Program-made: the position numbers and the translations under genes
Source: a virus
Taxonomy: Duplodnaviria > Caudoviricetes
IMG/VR virus record: IMGVR_UViG_3300005400_000003
Coordinates: 1-29,715 of that record
Length of the DNA: 29,715 nucleotides
Direction: 5' to 3' (one strand)
The notes under the pieces: generated by a model
What the model saw: the letters and a program-made list of their open reading frames with translations, nothing else
What the model was told of the DNA's origin: nothing
Databases searched by the model: none
In this document: positions 1 to 5,365 of the stretch, piece after piece
Layout: each line of letters starts with the position of its first letter
How positions within the stretch are numbered: the stretch's first letter is position 1

Positions 1-150
1 TGGTTTTCTGAGCACTTGCTGAACTCAACTCACTGGATTTATATCCGACTGCTTGAGGACGCACCACGCGACAGGATCCACAAACACCTGACCCGCATTT
101 TTGACATAGGGGTTATGGACACGATGAACTGGAGACTAGACAATCAGTGA
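1..150 (+). CDS. 3' end of a small early hypothetical protein (partial)
   Basis: Frame 1 is open from the window start (WFSEHLLNSTHWIYIRLLEDAPRD...WRLDNQ) to TGA at 148-150, and a terminator hairpin follows directly. Confidence 0.55.
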   Translation, partial: WFSEHLLNSTHWIYIRLLEDAPRDRIHKHLTRIFDIGVMDTMNWRLDNQ

Positions 151-193
151 ACTGCACACCAGCACCCCACGGGGTGCTTTTTTCGTGTATAGT
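137..193 (+). promoter_or_regulatory. Early promoter cassette copy 1 (upstream motif + sigma70-like -10)
   Basis: tagacaatcagtgAACTGcaCAC (137-159), a 28-nt gap, then TATAGT (188-193). The same arrangement recurs at 533-590 and 913-969. Confidence 0.65.
161..183 (+). terminator. Rho-independent terminator
   Basis: AGCACCC-cacg-GGGTGCT stem-loop running into a T-tract, 10 nt after the stop at 150. Confidence 0.75.
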
Positions 194-268
194 ATAAATG
201 TTGAGACGAGAGACCGACGCGAAGTCTGGTTACACTCCTCAACAAACCAACCCCTTTGCATTTTTCGT

Positions 269-574
269 ATGATCCGATTGGAACTGACACTAGGGCGCAA
301 TATCCCCGATGCAGGTACAGTCAACGATAGCATGATGGACCATTTTATTCGGACTGTCATCATGCCTCTCCTTGAGTTCGGTACTTTCATAGACGGCATC
401 GGATTTTGGAAAGGCGAGGAGGAGCAATGCAAAATCCTCTACGTTGAAATGCCAGAATCAGAACTCGCTGAGATGCTGCCCAAGTTTGAGCAGATCGGGA
501 ATGCATACAAAACCATGTTTAGACAAGACAGTGTGATGATCTCACAAGTGTCTACTAACATGGTCATGCGATGA
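269..574 (+). CDS. DUF3574-like / SAM-lyase-fold early protein (101 aa)
   Basis: Motifs LELTLGRNIP, GTFIDGIGFWKGEEEQCKIL and IGNAYKTMFRQDSVM match the DUF3574 pattern (ELxFGRxIP..DxxGxW..E.SK..I..AYK..F.QxSV). I moved the start to ATG 269 because the track's GTG at 185 overlaps the promoter. Confidence 0.65.
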   Translation: MIRLELTLGRNIPDAGTVNDSMMDHFIRTVIMPLLEFGTFIDGIGFWKGEEEQCKILYVEMPESELAEMLPKFEQIGNAYKTMFRQDSVMISQVSTNMVMR

Positions 575-590
575 CCCGACCTGCTACAAT
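533..590 (+). promoter_or_regulatory. Early promoter cassette copy 2 with extended -10
   Basis: gtgatgatctcacAAGTGtcTAC (533-555), a 29-nt gap, then TACAAT (585-590) preceded by TG at 582-583 (TGnTACAAT). It overlaps the 3' end of the upstream CDS. Confidence 0.6.
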
Positions 591-612
591 TATACAATCA
601 TCACCAAACACC

Positions 613-861
613 ATGCCTACCGCTTGCTTCGCTGTTCAACCAAGATCCTTTGGCACAATGCCAAAGAGTTTTGATCAGCACGGGTGCGAGTGGGCAACCG
701 ATATCAATCATGCATATCGGATTGCTCATGCATGGTCGGATGATGATGACGGCGCTGAGATGATCATCTGGCGTTGGGCACACGTTGGCAATGGCGATCC
801 TATCCCATGGGTTGGCGTGAGCAGTTCTAAAACCTCCATCCCTTACGATTCTGTATGCTGA
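613..861 (+). CDS. Small early hypothetical protein
   Basis: The track ORF is 571-861. ATG 613 is preferred because the predicted -10 at 585-590 lies downstream of 571. The protein is MPTACFAVQP...HGCEWATDINHAYRIA...MIIWRW. Confidence 0.65.
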   Translation: MPTACFAVQPRSFGTMPKSFDQHGCEWATDINHAYRIAHAWSDDDDGAEMIIWRWAHVGNGDPIPWVGVSSSKTSIPYDSVC

Positions 862-912
862 GATTGACTAACCGCATTATGGCACGGTTCAACAGGAAGA
901 TAGTCGTTTTCA

Positions 913-969
913 AGACCACTTCCTGAACTGTCCACTATTGCACCACAGTGCTGAGATCTCCCCTATACT
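913..969 (+). promoter_or_regulatory. Early promoter cassette copy 3
   Basis: agaccacttcctgAACTGtcCAC (913-935), a 28-nt gap, then TATACT (964-969). Confidence 0.65.
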
Positions 970-975
970 ATGGGT

Positions 976-1146
976 ATGCAAAACACAAACGCTTTCATCT
1001 GCTCTCCGAACATGACCGAGTTCTGCCACAAAATGGTAGAGCAAGAACTGAGAGAGGAGCAGATCAGACACGAAATCAGAGCGGGTCTCCGTCCTGCTCC
1101 CTCCTGTGGGCAGTGGTCCCGCTGGAATATTTCAGATCGCCATTAG
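976..1146 (+). CDS. Small early hypothetical protein (56 aa, C-terminus WNISDRH), not in ORF track
   Basis: ATG 976 (in-frame alternative ATG 970) to TAG 1144-1146 gives MQNTNAFICSPNMTEFCHKMVEQELREEQIRHEIRAGLRPAPSCGQWSRWNISDRH. It fits exactly between a promoter and a terminator. Confidence 0.65.
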   Translation: MQNTNAFICSPNMTEFCHKMVEQELREEQIRHEIRAGLRPAPSCGQWSRWNISDRH

Positions 1147-1158
1147 GCGGTCTTTTTT
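1134..1158 (+). terminator. Rho-independent terminator ending the early region
   Basis: AGATCGCC-atta-GGCGGTCT stem (one G.U pair) followed by a T-tract, overlapping the TAG stop at 1144-1146. Confidence 0.75.
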
Positions 1159-1271
1159 ACTGTTTTTCACAGTATGACAGTGGTTTGCCCCCCCTGTGGG
1201 GTTTTGCCGGGTCGCCAAGCGGGTTTGGGACTCCTACCCATTCACTAACCTACAAAAGTATCCCAACGACC

Positions 1272-1279
1272 TATAAATA
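1272..1279 (+). promoter_or_regulatory. T4-type late promoter (gp55-dependent)
   Basis: Perfect TATAAATA upstream of the first late-region gene, with a second near-copy GATAAATA at 1290-1297. Confidence 0.65.
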
Positions 1280-1397
1280 TTTCCCCACAGATAAATATCC
1301 TTAGAGGAATTTGAAAATTGAAAACACCTTTGCATGAATTTTGAAAAAATTTCCCAGCAAAAAAATGGTGTAAAAAGTCGCCTCAGCAGATAGCATT

Positions 1398-1700
1398 ATG
1401 AAACTAAACAAACCTCCTATACGTAAAGAACACATGAAAGACGAAAAAGTAATTATCACATCAGAAACGCCGTTGGATGCAATTGGCGATCCATTGAAGC
1501 AGGATCCCATGTTTCAATTAGCAGTACAACAGCAACAGATCAATAAGATGGCAGATGTAATCCAAGAGATTGCGGAGCGTCTTGTAGGGTTAGAAGGGAA
1601 AGTAATTGAACTTGAAGGGTTAATGAGATTTCCGGATGGAGAGAATCCATTAGATAAGTATCCCGAAGTATCTGGAAGACTCGGAGTAATAGGATCATAA
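1398..1700 (+). CDS. Hypothetical protein with predicted coiled coil
   Basis: 100-aa ORF with a heptad-like segment QQQQINKMADVIQEIAERLVGLEGKVIELEG. Its stop abuts the next ATG. Confidence 0.7.
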   Translation: MKLNKPPIRKEHMKDEKVIITSETPLDAIGDPLKQDPMFQLAVQQQQINKMADVIQEIAERLVGLEGKVIELEGLMRFPDGENPLDKYPEVSGRLGVIGS

Positions 1701-1967
1701 ATGGAAGACAATTACTACAATAATGCACTGAATAATTTTGACACATTTTGTGATCAATTTGAAAGTGCTGCAGCAAAAAGATATACAGGTGTTGATAATG
1801 ACAGTAGACAACCAATTGACAATGCAGAAGTACAACGAATTACTCCAACAGTTGTCAGAGAGATTGATAACGGTGGAGCAGAAGGTGTTATCATTAGAAC
1901 GCCCCCAATTGATGTACAAGCCACCAGAATCGGAGAATTATCAGACGATAGCAGAGACATTGGATGA
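1701..1967 (+). CDS. Acidic hypothetical protein
   Basis: 88-aa ORF whose ATG directly follows the TAA at 1698-1700, consistent with translational coupling. Confidence 0.6.
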   Translation: MEDNYYNNALNNFDTFCDQFESAAAKRYTGVDNDSRQPIDNAEVQRITPTVVREIDNGGAEGVIIRTPPIDVQATRIGELSDDSRDIG

Positions 1968-2004
1968 ACTATACAAAGCAGTGGAGGAGTTAAGGAATGA
2001 GTGA
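1798..2004 (+). CDS. Hypothetical coiled-coil protein, overlapping 1701-1967 in another frame
   Basis: MTVDNQLTMQKYNELLQQLSERLITVEQKVLSLERPQLMYKPP...IAETLDELYKAVEELRNE has amphipathic helices, and its stop overlaps the next gene start at 1997. Confidence 0.6.
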   Translation: MTVDNQLTMQKYNELLQQLSERLITVEQKVLSLERPQLMYKPPESENYQTIAETLDELYKAVEELRNE

Positions 2005-2482
2005 TACACCGCAAGGAATACCGGGCGTAGATTTTGTAACACCTGGTATGATTGTAGATGATAAAGCAATTGATTCACTTTCTGTGATAGTGGAGCAAGC
2101 AAATTCAAAATATCCACCAATGGTTATTGCAAGTGCTCCGCCTCCAAATTACCCTACACCACTTCCTACAATACGTACTAGTACCTACGTAGGAGCAACT
2201 ACGAAACCACCTGCAGGGTTTCCAATTAACATAGTGAACCCTGTGCTACCTCCGTTGCCTGTACAGGGCACGTGGGACAATCTAATACCACCATTACCAC
2301 CACCATTGGTACGTACAGGTATAACTGGTGTACAGAACCCAGCAGTACGTGGCGTATACATGGATCAGGTGTTAGTCCCTGTCAGTGGCGATGCAGTACA
2401 AGCCGTAGGCGGAGTACCTAATCCTAGGCCCTTGACAGGTTTAACAATCTATCCTACAATAATCATTGGTACTAAGAGTTAA
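1997..2482 (+). CDS. Pro-rich, putative divergent PAAR-like spike-tip protein (T4 gp5.4 analogue)
   Basis: The C-terminal GVYMDQVLVPVSGD...PTIIIG resembles PAAR strands (V.InG.p.Ar.GD ... tV.ig), and the gene lies just upstream of gp25. A GGAG SD-like sequence is at 1986-1989. Confidence 0.45.
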   Translation: MSDTPQGIPGVDFVTPGMIVDDKAIDSLSVIVEQANSKYPPMVIASAPPPNYPTPLPTIRTSTYVGATTKPPAGFPINIVNPVLPPLPVQGTWDNLIPPLPPPLVRTGITGVQNPAVRGVYMDQVLVPVSGDAVQAVGGVPNPRPLTGLTIYPTIIIGTKS

Positions 2483-2484
2483 TC

Positions 2485-2637
2485 ATGGCAAGAACAAAAG
2501 TAGGTGCATACGGCACTGCAGATACAATTGAGTCCATACCCAAGAAAACTCGTCAGGGATCTGGGAAGCATACAAAGTATGCTGCGACTTCACGTAATGG
2601 TGTAAGAAAAAAGAGAAGAGGTCAGGGAAGGAAGTGA
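2485..2637 (+). CDS. Small basic protein (50 aa), not in ORF track
   Basis: MARTKVGAYGTADTIESIPKKTRQGSGKHTKYAATSRNGVRKKRRGQGRK fills the gap between neighbouring genes. It resembles a small basic protein I recall upstream of gp25 in cyanomyoviruses. Confidence 0.8.
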   Translation: MARTKVGAYGTADTIESIPKKTRQGSGKHTKYAATSRNGVRKKRRGQGRK

Positions 2638-2647
2638 GACTGGTGAG

Positions 2648-2860
2648 ATGACACTTGACACAACATTCAGGATAATAGGGTCATTCCTTGTTATCACTGC
2701 TTATTTTATGGTATTACATGTAAGTACATTTTATGGGGCAATGATGCATCTAATTGCAGATACAATCAGTGTCCCATATTTTGTCAGAACTAAATCATGG
2801 GATGTGGTTATTATGTTAACCTTTCTGATGATAATTTCATTTTCTAAGTTAGCTCTATGA
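2648..2860 (+). CDS. Small membrane protein (about 3 TM helices)
   Basis: 70-aa ORF with three hydrophobic stretches. Confidence 0.7.
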   Translation: MTLDTTFRIIGSFLVITAYFMVLHVSTFYGAMMHLIADTISVPYFVRTKSWDVVIMLTFLMIISFSKLAL

Positions 2861-2893
2861 TTATCCGTGGCGCCGCCGAAGCGCCGATTCTAG

Positions 2894-2899
2894 TAAATA
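2894..2899 (+). promoter_or_regulatory. Possible late promoter core TAAATA
   Basis: agTAAATAg in the intergenic region upstream of the gene starting at 2943. Confidence 0.4.
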
Positions 2900-2942
2900 G
2901 TGGTGGGGAATTAAACCTATGAATATTAATGGAGAAAATACA

Positions 2943-3125
2943 ATGACACATCCTGCACATTTAGATGGATCAGTAGATAAAGGTGAAGTATTCATTGAAA
3001 GTGGTATGACCCTGATTACTGAAGTTGAGAGTGAACGTCATTTTACGCGCTATAACGAACAACGTAAATTGAAAAACCAGAATAAGGACTTTATTGAACG
3101 ATGGGGTGGACCAACAGAGTGTTGA
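2943..3125 (+). CDS. Hypothetical protein
   Basis: The track ORF is 2919-3125. ATG 2943 is preferred because of a GGAG SD at 2931-2934. It carries the motif VDKGEVFIESGMTLITEVESE. Confidence 0.7.
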   Translation: MTHPAHLDGSVDKGEVFIESGMTLITEVESERHFTRYNEQRKLKNQNKDFIERWGGPTEC

Positions 3126-3134
3126 ATTAAGTCA

Positions 3135-3141
3135 CTAAATA
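3135..3141 (+). promoter_or_regulatory. Late promoter for gp25-gp6-gp7
   Basis: CTAAATA 23 nt upstream of the gp25 ATG, embedded in the inverted repeat GTCACTA..TAGTGAC. Confidence 0.6.
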
Positions 3142-3164
3142 ACTAGTGACATCGTATACTCTTA

Positions 3165-3560
3165 ATGGCAACTTCTGATATATCTTTTAAAGATATTAAT
3201 ATCACCTTTAAGAAACATCCAATTACTGACGATGTTGTCGTCAGTAAAGATAATGCTGCTATTAAGCAAGCAATTGTTAATTTGTTACTAACTAATAAAG
3301 GTGAAAGATTATTTAATCCAAATTATGGTTCAAATATTAGAAGTTATCTATTTGAACAACTGGATTATGGTACTGCAGGACTTGTTAGGAACAGTATTAT
3401 CAGAACAATCTCGGAATTTGAACCTAGAATTTCGGTTGAGTCTCTTGAAGTAATACCAAATTATGATGATAATGGTTTTGATGTTGAGATGACTTATATT
3501 ATTAGAGGATCTGATGTTACACCTATCCAAGTAGAATTCTTCCTGACAAGGACGAGATAA
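3165..3560 (+). CDS. gp25: Baseplate wedge subunit gp25 (GPW/gp25 family)
   Basis: FKDINITFKKHPITDD, AIKQAIVNLLLTNKGERLFNPNYGS and FEPRI are gp25 family motifs, and the gene lies directly before gp6. Confidence 0.92.
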   Translation: MATSDISFKDINITFKKHPITDDVVVSKDNAAIKQAIVNLLLTNKGERLFNPNYGSNIRSYLFEQLDYGTAGLVRNSIIRTISEFEPRISVESLEVIPNYDDNGFDVEMTYIIRGSDVTPIQVEFFLTRTR

Positions 3561-5359
3561 TGCCATATACCCAGTTAAACAATTTAGATTTTATAGAAAT
3601 CAAAACAGCTCTCAAAGAATACATGAGAGCACAAACAGATTTTACTGATTATGACTTTGAAGGATCTGCCTTAAGTCAGATGATAGACGTATTAGCATAT
3701 AATACGTATTATACAGCGTTTAACACCAACATGGTGGTGAATGAACTATTCTTAGATTCAGCGACTCTTAGAGACAATGTAGTGTCTCTGGCAAAGCAAT
3801 TAGGTTATTCACCAAAATCAGTTACCGCACCAAAGGCGGTTATTAGTTTTAACATTACATTTGTTAATAATGCACCTGCTTCAGTAGTTTTTAAAGCAGG
3901 AACGGGATTTGTTACTAATTATGACAACACTTTGTATCGTTATGTGTTGAAGAACGATATGAAAGTAGAAGTTTCTAATGGTGTTGCATCTTTTGTTGAT
4001 GTACCTGTATATGAAGGTGCATACATTCAAACAAAAACTGTTATTGATGGTGCAGCAAAGAATCAAAGATTTAAAATTGAAAATTCATCTGCTGATTTGG
4101 ATACATTATCAATTAATGTGTATCAATCAGCACAATCATCTATATTTGATGAATTCAAATCAGGTGAAGTGTTAAATATTGGTTCAGATGATAAAGTATA
4201 CTTCATTAGCGAAATTGAAGACGAGAACTATGAAATCTTCTTTGGTGATGGTGTATTAGGAAAGAAATTAGAAGATGGTCAAGTTGTTGAGATGAGTTAT
4301 ATAACAACAAATGGACCAGACTCTAATGGTGCAAAATCATTTACCTTTAATGGTAGATTGGAAGATGATGATGGAATAGCAGTTAGTGTTCCATTTACAG
4401 TGGGATCTGTCACACCATCCAGTAAGGCATCTGGTGGTGCAGCAATTGAAAGTATTGAGAAGATTAAGTATAATGCTCCTAAGGTATATGGAGCACAGAA
4501 TAGAGCGGTTACGACGAATGATTATGCTGCTATTGTAAGGACTTTGTATCCAGCAGTTGGTGATATCATTGTTTTTGGTGGTGAGGATCAAGAACCTCCA
4601 GCATATGGTAAAGTATTCATCTCAGTGAAGCCAACACAAGCATCATCATTATCCGCATTAACAAAGAAAAACTTATACGATAAACTTAAGAAGTATACAG
4701 TTGCTTCTATAAAACCAGAATTTATTGATCCTTCTATTCTTTATGTTGAGATTAATAGTAAGATCAGTTATGATGGTACGAAAACTAATGCATTACCAAC
4801 TCAGATAGCATCATCTGCGGCAACTGCAATTCAGGAGTACTTAGAGACTTCTGGAACTGAGAAATATAACGGTAAGTTTAGGTATAGTAAGTTTATTGGG
4901 GTAATTGACGGATCAGATCGTGCAATTAATTCTAATGATACTAGTATTACATTACGGAAGGATTTTTATGCTCAGATTAACGCATCAAGTTATTATGAGG
5001 TTTGTTATCAGAATGCGTTCCTGAAAGATTGCGATAATCCTGTTCTTTCTTCTACTGGTATGACAGTCTTTGAGTATCCAGAATATACCTCTTATTTGGA
5101 AGACAGAGATGGTAAAATTGTCCTATATAGACTAGATTCTTTGACTGGAGAAAAAATTCTCCTAGATGATTCTGTTGGAGTGATTAATTATGATAAAGGT
5201 GAAACTATATTATACAACTTTACGATCTTAAAAGGATCATTCTCGGACAATCGGATTGAATTGAGAGTGAAACCTGCCAATAAAGATATTGAAGTTAAAC
5301 GTGAGGTTTATCTAGACGTAGATATATCAAAAAGTACATTTGTAGCATACAAAGAGTAG
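3560..5359 (+). CDS. gp6: Baseplate wedge subunit gp6
   Basis: Motifs LDFIEIK...FTDYDFEGS..DVLAYNTYY..NELFLDSATLRDNVVSLAKQLGY, EIFFGDGVLGK and AQNRAVTTNDY are typical of T4 gp6. Confidence 0.95.
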   Translation: MPYTQLNNLDFIEIKTALKEYMRAQTDFTDYDFEGSALSQMIDVLAYNTYYTAFNTNMVVNELFLDSATLRDNVVSLAKQLGYSPKSVTAPKAVISFNITFVNNAPASVVFKAGTGFVTNYDNTLYRYVLKNDMKVEVSNGVASFVDVPVYEGAYIQTKTVIDGAAKNQRFKIENSSADLDTLSINVYQSAQSSIFDEFKSGEVLNIGSDDKVYFISEIEDENYEIFFGDGVLGKKLEDGQVVEMSYITTNGPDSNGAKSFTFNGRLEDDDGIAVSVPFTVGSVTPSSKASGGAAIESIEKIKYNAPKVYGAQNRAVTTNDYAAIVRTLYPAVGDIIVFGGEDQEPPAYGKVFISVKPTQASSLSALTKKNLYDKLKKYTVASIKPEFIDPSILYVEINSKISYDGTKTNALPTQIASSAATAIQEYLETSGTEKYNGKFRYSKFIGVIDGSDRAINSNDTSITLRKDFYAQINASSYYEVCYQNAFLKDCDNPVLSSTGMTVFEYPEYTSYLEDRDGKIVLYRLDSLTGEKILLDDSVGVINYDKGETILYNFTILKGSFSDNRIELRVKPANKDIEVKREVYLDVDISKSTFVAYKE

Positions 5360-5365
5360 TGGTAG

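Noticed and set aside
193-200. TATAAATG as a late promoter
   Set aside because: It mismatches the TAAATA core and lies within an early-type promoter cassette.
136-783. Minus-strand ORFs 136-432 and 601-783
   Set aside because: They are antisense shadows of + strand genes, with no minus-strand expression signals seen.
855-926. 23-codon ORF MLRLTNRIMARFNRKIVVFKTTS
   Set aside because: It is too short, has no SD or recognisable homology, and its end overlaps the promoter motif.
948-1304. 118-aa ORF from the track
   Set aside because: It starts inside a promoter, crosses a terminator and the non-coding boundary, and the 976-1146 frame fits the signals better.
1301-2014. Several minus-strand ORFs of 65-91 aa
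   Set aside because: They overlap a coupled + strand gene run and lack protein-like features.
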